NCBI GenBank assembly: GCA_963667175.2
Contig: CAXXXF010000014.1
Location: forward strand, 160,001-224,000
Length of the DNA stretch: 64,000 bases
Direction of reading: 5' to 3'
From: Candidatus Latescibacterota bacterium
Lineage (GTDB): Bacteria; Latescibacterota; UBA2968; GCA-2709665
Below are positions 48,163 through 56,272 of the stretch, piece after piece (the stretch's first letter is position 1; the number at the start of each line of letters is the position of its first letter). Made by a program: the position numbers and the translations under genes. A model generated the notes under the pieces. The model had not been told where the DNA came from and did no database searches. It was given only the letters and a program-made list of their open reading frames with translations.

Positions 48163-48930
48163 ATGAGTCACCGGCAATTCACCGGCAAAGTCGCGATCGT
48201 AACCGGCGCCAGCAGCGGGATCGGCCGGGCCGTCGCACTCGCCCTGGCGAACGAGGGCGCATCGGTCATGGCCACCTACAACAGCAACAAGGCCGGCGCG
48301 GACGCGCTCAAAGCAGACGCCTCGACGTCGGAGGGCCGCGTCGAGACCGTAAGGACCGACGTCTGCAGCGCCGGAGACGTCCAGCGCCTGGTGGACCACA
48401 CCCTCGAACGCTTTGGCGGGCGACTGGATGTACTGATCAACAACGCCGGTCAGTGGATGGACAAGGTGTCCATTGCGGAGTGCCCGGACGACGTGTGGGA
48501 CCACATCATCAACGTCAACCTGAAGAGTGTTTTCCTTTGCTGTCGCGCGGCCATTCCCGCCTTGCAAGAGCAGGGTGGCGGGACCATCGTCAATATCTCG
48601 TCGGTGGCCGGTCATACCGGAGGGGGAGGAGGCACCCTGCCTTACGGCACGGCGAAGGGCGGCGTCAATACCTTCACACGGGGACTCGCTAAAGAGCTTG
48701 CACCGTTCGACATCCGGGTCAACGCGCTCGCGCCGGGCGTGATCGACACGCCGATGCAGCACCGGCACTCCACAGCGGAGCAACTTGCATCCTTTGGAGA
48801 AGCCACACCGCTGAAACGGGTCGGCCGACCCGAGGAAATGGTCGGCGCCGTGCTGCTCCTCGCATCGGACCAGGGCAGCTTCATCACAGGCGAAATCATC
48901 GACGCCAACGGAGGGATCTACATACGCTGA
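48163..48930 (+). CDS. SDR family oxidoreductase
   Basis: TGASSGIG, NNAG, YGTAK, NALAPG, ANGG. Confidence 0.93.
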   Translation: MSHRQFTGKVAIVTGASSGIGRAVALALANEGASVMATYNSNKAGADALKADASTSEGRVETVRTDVCSAGDVQRLVDHTLERFGGRLDVLINNAGQWMDKVSIAECPDDVWDHIINVNLKSVFLCCRAAIPALQEQGGGTIVNISSVAGHTGGGGGTLPYGTAKGGVNTFTRGLAKELAPFDIRVNALAPGVIDTPMQHRHSTAEQLASFGEATPLKRVGRPEEMVGAVLLLASDQGSFITGEIIDANGGIYIR

Positions 48931-49058
48931 CCACGAACGGCGTCGGCCGCCGGTCCCCGATATCCTGTTGCGGAATTCCGGCTACCACACGACCCGATTC
49001 GATTCCAATTCGCCGGTATCCTGCTACGTAAATACACCCAGCCAGACGGGAGACACCA

Positions 49059-49979
49059 ATGAGAACAGGATGGATATTGCTTGTATCGCTGCTTTTTATC
49101 GCATGCGAAGCAGACAAGAATGAACTGGCAACCGAAAACGAGAGATCCAGCTACAGCCTGGGATTCACGATTGGGAAGGACGTTGTCAGAGGTCTGGAAA
49201 AACTCTCGCTGGTTCTCAATGCGGATTCGTATTGCAAAGGCGTTATGGAAGCGGCGGCGGGCGGGGGAACACTCTATACCCGGGAAGAAATCGAGCAGAC
49301 GCTCCAGGCGTTCCAGAAAGAAAAAGCGGTGTCGGACAATGATAAACTCAACTACTCTCTTGGGTATGCGATGGCCAGGGACGTCGTGGAAGGGCTTCGG
49401 CGAAACGGTGGTCTGGATGTCGATCCCAATGCGTTCTCTCTGGGTGTCCGCGACTGTATCATGAAAACAGAATCCCGGATGACCAGCGAGGAGATCGAAG
49501 CCGCAATGGCTTCATTGAAGCAGAAAACGATCGAAAGGCAACGGGCGCAGATGAAGGCGCGGGGCCCGAGACCCAACATTGGAGAAATGGCAATGAAGAA
49601 CAAAGAGGAGGGCAGGCTGTTCCTGGTGGAAAACAAGTCAAAGGACGGCGTCACTGAACTCCCCAGCGGGCTGCAGTATAAGATGACCAGAGAGGGTACC
49701 GGGAAGTCGCCCTCCGCCACCGACAAGGTGACGGTGCACTACCGGGGCACGCTCCTCGACGGCGCCGAATTCGACAGCTCCATCAAACGCGGAAAACCGG
49801 CCACGTTCCCGCTCAAAGGCGTCATCCGGGGCTGGACGGAGGGACTGCAGCTGATGAAGGAAGGCGCGAAATACGTCTTCTACATTCCTTCCCAACTTGC
49901 CTACGGCGACCGCAGCATTCCCAGAATCCCGCCCGGCTCGACGCTCATCTTCGAGGTTGAGTTACTGAAGGTCAATTGA
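49059..49979 (+). CDS. FKBP-type peptidyl-prolyl isomerase (FkpA/Mip-like lipoprotein)
   Basis: Lipobox FIAC; SGLQY, VTVHYRGTL, FDSS, VIRGWTEGL, LAYG, TLIFEVELL. Confidence 0.93.
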   Translation: MRTGWILLVSLLFIACEADKNELATENERSSYSLGFTIGKDVVRGLEKLSLVLNADSYCKGVMEAAAGGGTLYTREEIEQTLQAFQKEKAVSDNDKLNYSLGYAMARDVVEGLRRNGGLDVDPNAFSLGVRDCIMKTESRMTSEEIEAAMASLKQKTIERQRAQMKARGPRPNIGEMAMKNKEEGRLFLVENKSKDGVTELPSGLQYKMTREGTGKSPSATDKVTVHYRGTLLDGAEFDSSIKRGKPATFPLKGVIRGWTEGLQLMKEGAKYVFYIPSQLAYGDRSIPRIPPGSTLIFEVELLKVN

Positions 49980-50186
49980 GAACCGGCGCAGCAGTCCGCA
50001 CAGCGGGAAGTTCCACGATCTGTCGGGAAATAAAGCGGTTACGCCACAAAGGACACGATATGTACTTCAGCAACTTTCAATAAATCTGTTGTGGACAATG
50101 ACGTTTTTTATTACATTTCGCGTTTCGATACCTGATGTAATCTGAAACGTTCGCTCCCGCCCGCGGGGGCGCGAAGGAGGTACGAG

Positions 50187-50438
50187 TTGCCCACGCTTAA
50201 GTCGTCCCACAAGAGGCTCCGGCAGAACCGAAGGGCCCGGCTACGCAATCGAAGCGCGCGTTCCGCTCTGAGAACCGTCTTAAAAAAGGCGGCGAATACC
50301 AGTGACAGAGGGGAAATGGAAGCGTTGATGCCACAGGCGGTATCGGTCATAGACAAAAGCGTAAGGAAGGGTGTCCTGCATCGAAACACCGCTGCCAGGT
50401 ACAAATCCGACCTCGCGCGACGCGCAAATGCCCTGTAG
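50187..50438 (+). CDS. rpsT: 30S ribosomal protein S20
   Basis: KSSHKRLRQ, RSALRT, IDKSVRKGVLHRNTAARYKS; TTG start after AAGGAGG. Confidence 0.95.
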   Translation: MPTLKSSHKRLRQNRRARLRNRSARSALRTVLKKAANTSDRGEMEALMPQAVSVIDKSVRKGVLHRNTAARYKSDLARRANAL

Positions 50439-50456
50439 ACGACCTTTCCTAAACAG

Positions 50457-50497
50457 AAACGCGCCCGGTGTCTATTGAGACACCGGGCGCGTTTTTT
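50457..50497 (+). terminator. Intrinsic terminator between convergent rpsT and cysK
   Basis: aaacgcgcccggtgtct-attg-agacaccgggcgcgttt perfect stem followed by Ts. Confidence 0.9.
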
Positions 50498-50507
50498 TCG
50501 GACCCGT

Positions 50508-51434
50508 TCACGCAAAGAGATAGGCGTCCATATAACGTTCGCCGGTATCCGGCAGGATCACGACCACACGTTCATCCGGCGACATCGGGCGGGCGATCGC
50601 TGCGGCCGCATGGGCCGCGGCGCCGGAGGAGATGCCGGCCAGGATGCCCTCTTCTCTCGCCAACCTGCGCGACATCCGGCGGGCCTGTATATTGGTAACC
50701 GGCATGACGCGGTCCAGGATATCCACATTGAGAACGTCGGGGACCATCCCGGCGCCAAGCCCGTCGATTTCCGTGGGTCCGGGTTGCCCGCCGGACAGTA
50801 CCGCGGAATCCTGGGGTTCGACGCCGACAACGCAGGTTTCCGGAAATTTCGCTTTCAGGACCTCACCCACGCCGGTGACCGTCCCTCCAGTACCCACGCC
50901 CGCGACGAAGACGTCGGGCGCGCCATCCATCTGCCGCAGGATCTCCCGCGCGGTCGTTCGGCGGTGCACGTCCGGATTGGCCGGATTCTCGAACTGTTGA
51001 GGCAGATAACATTCCGTACCGTCCTCGACCAGCTCCAGCGCTTTCTGGATGGCGCCCTGCATCCCGTCGTAGGCCGACGTCAACACAACCTCGGCGCCCA
51101 GCGCCCTGAGCAGCTTCTGGCGTTCGTCGCTGACGCCCTCCGGCATGGTAATCGTCAGCCGGTACCCCTTCACGGCGGCCACCATCGCCAGCCCGATGCC
51201 CGTGTTCCCGCTGGTCGGCTCAATGATTCTCATTCCGGGCTTCAGATCGCCGCGCGCTTCGGCAGCCTCGATCATGGCCAGCGCCGTCCGGTCTTTTACG
51301 CTGCCCGCCGGATTGAATGCCTCCAGCTTGGCCCACACGTCGGCGCCCTCAGGGCGCGCGACCCGGTTCAGCCGGACCATGGGCGTCGCGCCGATGAGAT
51401 CCAGAATGTTGTCGCCCTTCCTGAGGGAATCCAT
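50508..51434 (-). CDS. cysK: Cysteine synthase A
   Basis: KLEAFNPAGSVKDR, EPTSGNTG, QQFENPAN, GVGTGGT, PDTGERY. Confidence 0.93.
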   Translation of the reverse strand: MDSLRKGDNILDLIGATPMVRLNRVARPEGADVWAKLEAFNPAGSVKDRTALAMIEAAEARGDLKPGMRIIEPTSGNTGIGLAMVAAVKGYRLTITMPEGVSDERQKLLRALGAEVVLTSAYDGMQGAIQKALELVEDGTECYLPQQFENPANPDVHRRTTAREILRQMDGAPDVFVAGVGTGGTVTGVGEVLKAKFPETCVVGVEPQDSAVLSGGQPGPTEIDGLGAGMVPDVLNVDILDRVMPVTNIQARRMSRRLAREEGILAGISSGAAAHAAAAIARPMSPDERVVVILPDTGERYMDAYLFA

Positions 51435-51472
51435 TGGGTGGGTCCTGGAGGCGGGAAGAATCGTCCGGACTG

Positions 51473-51901
51473 CTATATCCGAAAGACAATACGCCCGCTT
51501 TTGGTTCGATATTTCGCGCAGAGGTCGCCGAAGGTGACCGAGTCCAGGACTTCCTCAACGGCTGCCTCCAGACTTTCATAGACTTCCCGCAAAACGTCCT
51601 TCGTCCCGTGCTCGCCTTCCGGCGTTTCTCCGGCAAGCTGGACCGGACCCTCGAGGACCTCCAGGACCGCCCCCACGGTAATGTCTTCGGGCTGACGAAT
51701 CAGTTCGTGGCCGCCCCTTGGACCTCTGACGCTCCGCACCAGCCCGGCATTGCGCAGCAGATTCAGCAGTTGTGCAAGATAGGACTCCGGAATGTCCTGT
51801 CTGGTCGCGATATCCGCACTCTGCACGACCCCCTCGCCGTAATGCAGCGCCAGATCCAGAACGGCCCGCATTCCGTAATTGCCCTTCGAGGAAATTTGCA
51901 T
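51473..51901 (-). CDS. Rrf2 family regulator (CymR-like)
   Basis: SSKGNYGMRAVLDL, YLAQLL, VRSVRGPRGG; lacks the IscR cluster cysteines; adjacent to cysK. Confidence 0.88.
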   Translation of the reverse strand: MQISSKGNYGMRAVLDLALHYGEGVVQSADIATRQDIPESYLAQLLNLLRNAGLVRSVRGPRGGHELIRQPEDITVGAVLEVLEGPVQLAGETPEGEHGTKDVLREVYESLEAAVEEVLDSVTFGDLCAKYRTKSGRIVFRI

Positions 51902-51945
51902 CGTCGGCCTCCGAACAGCCTGGCGGAGATGGACCCCGGCGCTAA

Positions 51946-52230
51946 TCAACGTCGCCCTCCGGCGATAGCCGGAACAATGGTTACGCTGTCGCCTTCTTTG
52001 AGCGGCGTCTCCGTACCCTCGAGAAAACGGACGTCCTCGTCGTTGACGTACACGTTCACGAACCGGCGCAGCCCGCCGGTGCCCGCATCGACCAGGTTTT
52101 CCTTGATGCCCGGATGTCTGGCTTCCAGGTCGTCGAGCAATTCGCCCAGTGTCGAGCCGCTGGCTTCAACGTCCGCGCGGTCGCCCGTGAATTTTCGCAA
52201 CGGCGTCGGAATTCGTACGGTCAAGCCCAT
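51946..52230 (-). CDS. MoaD/ThiS family sulfur carrier (CysO-like)
   Basis: VRIPTPLRKFT, RRFVNVYVNDEDVR, IVPAIAGG-RR; ATG after AGGAGG. Confidence 0.92.
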   Translation of the reverse strand: MGLTVRIPTPLRKFTGDRADVEASGSTLGELLDDLEARHPGIKENLVDAGTGGLRRFVNVYVNDEDVRFLEGTETPLKEGDSVTIVPAIAGGRR

Positions 52231-52271
52231 CGTCCAAGCCTCCTGATTGTGGTTGATCTGAATAGCCGAAA

Positions 52272-52444
52272 TTAATCTCAATTCGAATAAATACAACCGT
52301 TAAATTGGCCACAAAAAACACAAAGAACACATAAGGTACTGGCGCCAAACGGCTTGTGTCGTAACACCGTGACCCTGCAGGGTTTTCCATGTCTTTCGGT
52401 TATACGCCCTGCAACAGAATCGCTGTTTTTGTGCCTCTTGTGGC
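52272..52444. repeat. About 170-bp dispersed palindromic element, copy 2 (family B)
   Basis: Homologous to 12672-12834; ends gccacaaaaaacacaaa / tttgtgcctcttgtggc. Confidence 0.85.
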
Positions 52445-52512
52445 GATTTATCGCACGTTTTTCCGGTGCGCGCCGTTTTTTTGTTCCGCGAGACGCACCC
52501 GCGATCCTGGTC

Positions 52513-52980
52513 CTATCGGATTGCCGGATCGCAGCCCTCCAGCGTCGATTCCGCGAATTCCTTCGACTGCTGGTCCCACGCGAACCCGGCCGCGCCCCGT
52601 ACGGCGCCGTCGAACGTGGAGACCACCAGGTACACCACGTCGGGAAAGGCCGGCTGGTCCATGAACATGGCGGCCTGGCGGTCCTCCTCGGAAAAATACG
52701 CGCCGCAGTCGACGTGGGAATGATAGAACGCGACCACCCGTCCGCCCGCCTTCTCCGTTTCCGCGAAAATCCGGTGGACCTCCAGATCGTCCATCCGGTA
52801 GGCGTTTTTCGAGGTACGGGGATGTTCCTCCGGGTTCCGCGCGTGCAGCCGGTCCTGTATGTTCTCGCAGGGATGGGCCTGATAACCGCCGTCCGCCCCT
52901 TCCACGACAATCCCGCAGCATTCGGCAGGATAATCCCTTTCCGCGTGTTCGTGAATCTCTTTCCAGACCGTCCGATCCAA
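52513..52980 (-). CDS. M67/JAB (JAMM) metallopeptidase (Mec-like)
   Basis: YPAECCG, YHSH, FSEED JAMM motif; lies between cysM and the sulfur carrier. Confidence 0.92.
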   Translation of the reverse strand: MDRTVWKEIHEHAERDYPAECCGIVVEGADGGYQAHPCENIQDRLHARNPEEHPRTSKNAYRMDDLEVHRIFAETEKAGGRVVAFYHSHVDCGAYFSEEDRQAAMFMDQPAFPDVVYLVVSTFDGAVRGAAGFAWDQQSKEFAESTLEGCDPAIR

Positions 52981-52992
52981 ATCCGCTCTCCT

Positions 52993-53931
52993 TCAGTCCA
53001 GACGCCAGAGCGGCGTGCTCATGTATTTCTCGCCGCTGTCCGGGAAAAGCGTAACCACCACCCCTTCGCCCGCCTCCTCGGCCACGCGCAATGCCCCCGC
53101 GAAGGCCGCGCCGCACGACTGCCCGGCAGGCACGCCGAGTTCGCGCGTCAGCCGCCTAGCGGCGGCATAGGCGTCTTCGGTCTCGACGCGGATCTTCTGA
53201 TCCCACACCGAAGGGTCGTAAATGCCCGGCACGATGGACACGTCCATATTCTTGAGCCCTTCGATTCCGTGAAACTCGGGCGGCTCCACGGCGATGATCC
53301 GGATGTCGGGGTTGTATTCCTTCAGGCGTCGGCCGGCGCCTATCAACGTGCCGCTGGTGCCGAGTGTCGCCACGAAATGGGTCACGCGGCCGCGCGTCTG
53401 CCGCCAGATTTCCGGCGCGGTCTGCAGATAGTGCGCCCTGGGATTCGACGGGTTGTTGTACTGATCCGGCTTGTAATACCGCTCGGGATTCGCCGCCAGA
53501 ATCTCCCTGCACTTCAGAATGGCGCCGTCGGAGCCCTCCAGCGGATCGCTCAGAACGAGGCCGGCGCCGTAGGCCTGGATCACGTGTCGGCGCTCCACGC
53601 TCACGCTGCCCGGCATCACCAGTTCCACGCGATATCCCAGCGCCGCGCCGATCATCGCGTACGCGATGCCCGTATTGCCGGACGTGGAGTCGATGATCAC
53701 CTTGTCCGGAGTCAACTCCCCGGACGCGACGGCGTCCCGGATCATCTGCAGCGCCGGCCGGTCCTTCACCGATCCGCCGGGGTTGAACATCTCCATTTTC
53801 GCGTAGATCTCAACGCCGTCCAGATGATCCGCGAACTTCCGGATGCGCAACAGCGGCGTCCTGCCGACGTGCTCGACAATGGTCGGCTGAATCCGGGAAC
53901 TGTTCTCTGTCGTCTGCACCTGATATCCCAC
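52993..53931 (-). CDS. cysM: Cysteine synthase family protein (CysM-like); start uncertain
   Basis: VGRTPL, NPGGSVKDR, STSGNTG, DQYNNPSN, GTSGT, IEGLK, PDSGEKY; cysM-mec-cysO order. Confidence 0.85.
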   Translation of the reverse strand: MGYQVQTTENSSRIQPTIVEHVGRTPLLRIRKFADHLDGVEIYAKMEMFNPGGSVKDRPALQMIRDAVASGELTPDKVIIDSTSGNTGIAYAMIGAALGYRVELVMPGSVSVERRHVIQAYGAGLVLSDPLEGSDGAILKCREILAANPERYYKPDQYNNPSNPRAHYLQTAPEIWRQTRGRVTHFVATLGTSGTLIGAGRRLKEYNPDIRIIAVEPPEFHGIEGLKNMDVSIVPGIYDPSVWDQKIRVETEDAYAAARRLTRELGVPAGQSCGAAFAGALRVAEEAGEGVVVTLFPDSGEKYMSTPLWRLD

Positions 53932-54085
53932 AGAAGACCTCTTTGGGATCATGTCGGAGCGTGAATCCAACACCCGTTCATCGTTGATACCATTTCAGCG
54001 GGTGTGCTATCCCGTAAACTGGCGGAGACAGCCATTGTTACGGAACTCTGCGGCTCAATCAATCCCCTCCGTGCGAATTGGTCCA

Positions 54086-54379
54086 TTAGGCAACGTGTTC
54101 CTGGCGTGCCCGTGCAAGCACGTAACTCGCCTGCATCCGCATCCAGTGATCGGTGGCGCCCCAGCCGATATCCTCCAGCGCAAGCGCCATCTTCGCGGAC
54201 ACCCCCGCCTTGCCGTTCAACACGCGCGATAGCGTACCTCGCTCGCAGCCGAGGCGTACCGCCGTCTCGGAGACGTTCCAGCCGACGTCATCCATGCTCT
54301 CGCGGATCAGTTCGCCCAGGTGCGGTGGGTTCAGCATAGGGCCGACACGATTGCATGTAACATCGTCCATGGCCAGCAT
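54086..54379 (-). CDS. higA: HigA family antitoxin (HTH), no intact toxin
   Basis: MLNPPHLGELIRE, TLSRVLNGKAGVSAKMALAL, WMRMQASY. Confidence 0.88.
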   Translation of the reverse strand: MLAMDDVTCNRVGPMLNPPHLGELIRESMDDVGWNVSETAVRLGCERGTLSRVLNGKAGVSAKMALALEDIGWGATDHWMRMQASYVLARARQEHVA

Positions 54380-54391
54380 TTCCTTCCGGCC

Positions 54392-54418
54392 AGTGATAAT
54401 CGATCAGGTTCACAACCA
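54392..54418 (-). pseudogene. 3' remnant of a HigB/RelE toxin gene
   Basis: Minus strand reads V-N-L-I-D-Y-H, the usual HigB C-terminus, just upstream of higA; the rest of the gene is absent. Confidence 0.5.
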
Positions 54419-54431
54419 CGCTCCGACCACG

Positions 54432-54984
54432 TACAAAAATGGCCCCGTGTAATCAAGGAAAGACACTGGCCACACCCCACTAAGATGCCGTTAAACGAGG
54501 GGTCACGCTCTCCGCGATCTCACGACCCGCCTCGATCTCCGCCCTTCTGAGTTCCCACGTCTTTTGCAGGTTGAGCCATAGCTGCGGCGTCGTGCCGAAG
54601 TAACGCGCCAGTCGCAATGCCGTATCCGCGCTCACCCCTCGCTGGCAGTTCAGTATCATCGCAATTCGGCTCACGGGCACTCCCAGCGCCTTCGACAAGG
54701 CGTTGGCCGACAGCCCGAGCACGTCGAGTTCCTCGCGGAGTATCTCACCCGGATGAACCGGTCTCATTCCATTCTTCGTGCTCATGTCCGCATCATGCGC
54801 GCCGACAGTATCCTCTTTTAGGGCCTCCATAAATCCATCTCGCCCTTCGATCCTAAGCCGTGATTGCGATAGTATCGCCGCCGCCGCGCCCGACATGGCC
54901 CGACGATGAACTACCGCTCAAGCTAACCGCCGTGTACGACGGTTGGTTTTCACCCCTCCATTACCTACAAAAATGGCCCCGTGT
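54432..54984. repeat. 19-bp direct repeat TACAAAAATGGCCCCGTGT at 54432-54450 and 54966-54984
   Basis: Exact match seen twice, bracketing the second higA. Confidence 0.85.
54480..54785 (-). CDS. higA: HigA family antitoxin (HTH), no toxin (frame open upstream to 54896)
   Basis: MRPVHPGEILREEL, SANALSKALGVP, ADTALRLARYFGTTPQLWLNLQ. Confidence 0.92.
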   Translation of the reverse strand: MSTKNGMRPVHPGEILREELDVLGLSANALSKALGVPVSRIAMILNCQRGVSADTALRLARYFGTTPQLWLNLQKTWELRRAEIEAGREIAESVTPRLTAS

Positions 54985-55144
54985 TGCCAGGGACCAAGCA
55001 GCAGAAAACAATATATGGTGACGACCGGCTTTGTCAAGCGCAAACGGCGGAAGGCGGGGAACAGCTATCAGCCGTCAGCATTCAGCCGTCAGCTTGAATC
55101 AAAGACCGTTGACGTCTGCGCCCTGAAACGACAGGCACCGAATG

Positions 55145-55237
55145 GGCGCGTCGAGGGCAGGACCTGCCTGCCGAGCAGGTCTCGGCCTGTCTGCCGCTCC
55201 AACGGGACAGGCAGGCGCAGGCAGGTGCCCTCGCTCC
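55145..55237. repeat. 93-bp nested-palindrome repeat, copy 1
   Basis: One mismatch to 56310-56402; contains gagggca..tgccctc, cctgcctgc..gcaggcagg and cctgtctg..caggcagg nested stems. Confidence 0.92.
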
Positions 55238-55317
55238 CGGGGAAACGAGGAGACGGAAGAGGGACACACAATGGCCCCCGGAAACGATGTGGCATCGAAG
55301 CCACTTGCTGGCATTTC

Positions 55318-55352
55318 AAAAAAAAATAACCGGGCCCTGAGGAGCCCGGTTT
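55318..55352 (-). terminator. Intrinsic terminator after the poly-proline ORF
   Basis: Minus strand aaccgggctc-ctca-gggcccggtt followed by A and a run of Ts. Confidence 0.88.
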
Positions 55353-55357
55353 TGTCG

Positions 55358-55537
55358 TTATTCATTATGTTCCCCTGGTGGAGGCGGCGGTGGAGGTGGT
55401 GGAGGGGGTGGCGGCGGTGGATCCGATTCGCTCGGCCTGTGCGGCCTGATTGATCTCTCCTGTGGCGCCCGTGGACGCGGCGGCTGAGATGGCCGCCCTC
55501 CGGGATCGCGTCTGTTCACTTCCGCTCCCTCGTTCAT
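55358..55537 (-). CDS. 59-aa peptide with 15 consecutive prolines
   Basis: Manual translation MNEGAEVNRRDPGGRPSQPPRPRAPQERSIRPHRPSESD-P15-GEHNE; ATGA overlap with the upstream stop; all four Pro codons used; terminator just after the stop. Confidence 0.7.
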   Translation of the reverse strand: MNEGAEVNRRDPGGRPSQPPRPRAPQERSIRPHRPSESDPPPPPPPPPPPPPPPGEHNE

Positions 55538-56037
55538 GCGTATAATCTTGCAATCTCCCGATCGGCGATATCAGTACACTTCTTGTTGATTTTTTCGTTG
55601 TGTCCGATGTCAGCATACCCAATTGCATCTGTAATTCGATACCCTTCATCTGACAACTCCCTGACTGCCTCCAACGCTTCATTATCCTCCAGTGTGCCGG
55701 TCTGAATGTCGGACCAAAGAGTTTCATATTTCGTTTTCAGATAGGAACATTGCATACCTACGTTGTTTAGAAGCGCAACCTTTCTCGGAAGGTCAAAATA
55801 CAATCCCAAAATGGAGATGAACACAATAATCGCATTCAGCCCGATTTTCACAAGTGCCGGGAGATGTTCGCCAAATGCAAGAAGCGCAACACCCACCATG
55901 GCCGCGATACCTAAACCACCCATGACAATTCTGTGCCAAATACGATACCGCGTGGAGAGTTCGTCATAGTATCTTTCTGCTGCCGCCGAGCGCAGAAGCC
56001 CTTCCCACGCAATCGACCTTGTCGTTTCTGAAACCAT
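55534..56037 (-). CDS. Two-TM membrane protein, SLATT-like
   Basis: 167 aa, lower GC than the flanks; RYYDELSTRY helix, two adjacent TM helices, helical C-terminus; GGAGGTGG RBS. The SLATT assignment rests on architecture only. Confidence 0.7.
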   Translation of the reverse strand: MVSETTRSIAWEGLLRSAAAERYYDELSTRYRIWHRIVMGGLGIAAMVGVALLAFGEHLPALVKIGLNAIIVFISILGLYFDLPRKVALLNNVGMQCSYLKTKYETLWSDIQTGTLEDNEALEAVRELSDEGYRITDAIGYADIGHNEKINKKCTDIADREIARLYA

Positions 56038-56090
56038 TGTTCCACCTCCATTTGAGTCAGACCGTGGCTCATGAAAGTAGAATGCAGTCT

Positions 56091-56120
56091 AAATTACCCA
56101 TATGCTGCGTTCGTTGTCAA
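56091..56120 (-). promoter_or_regulatory. Sigma70 promoter for the two-TM / poly-Pro unit
   Basis: Minus strand TTGACA-18 bp-TAATTT. Confidence 0.6.
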
Positions 56121-56272
56121 GGGTATTGGAGTGACTTTGACACGAATTCATATCCGGGCGAAACATCCCACGTACGAAAGAACGGGGGAAGGCGGGGAGG
56201 CAGCCGTCAGCCAAAAGCGGTTAACGATATGCCCCCCAGCACGGAGGATTTCTGATATCCGCGCCAACAGAC

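Noticed and set aside
52354-53964. Long antisense or alternate-frame ORFs (e.g. 52354-53964 +, 1629-3059 +, 60418-61875 -, 42413-43789 +)
   Set aside because: They are shadows of well-supported genes in high-GC DNA, with Arg/Pro/Gly-rich translations and no motifs.
55376-55420. G-rich tract as a microsatellite or G-quadruplex
   Set aside because: The period-3 pattern varies only at the position matching the third base of minus-strand Pro codons, so coding explains it better.
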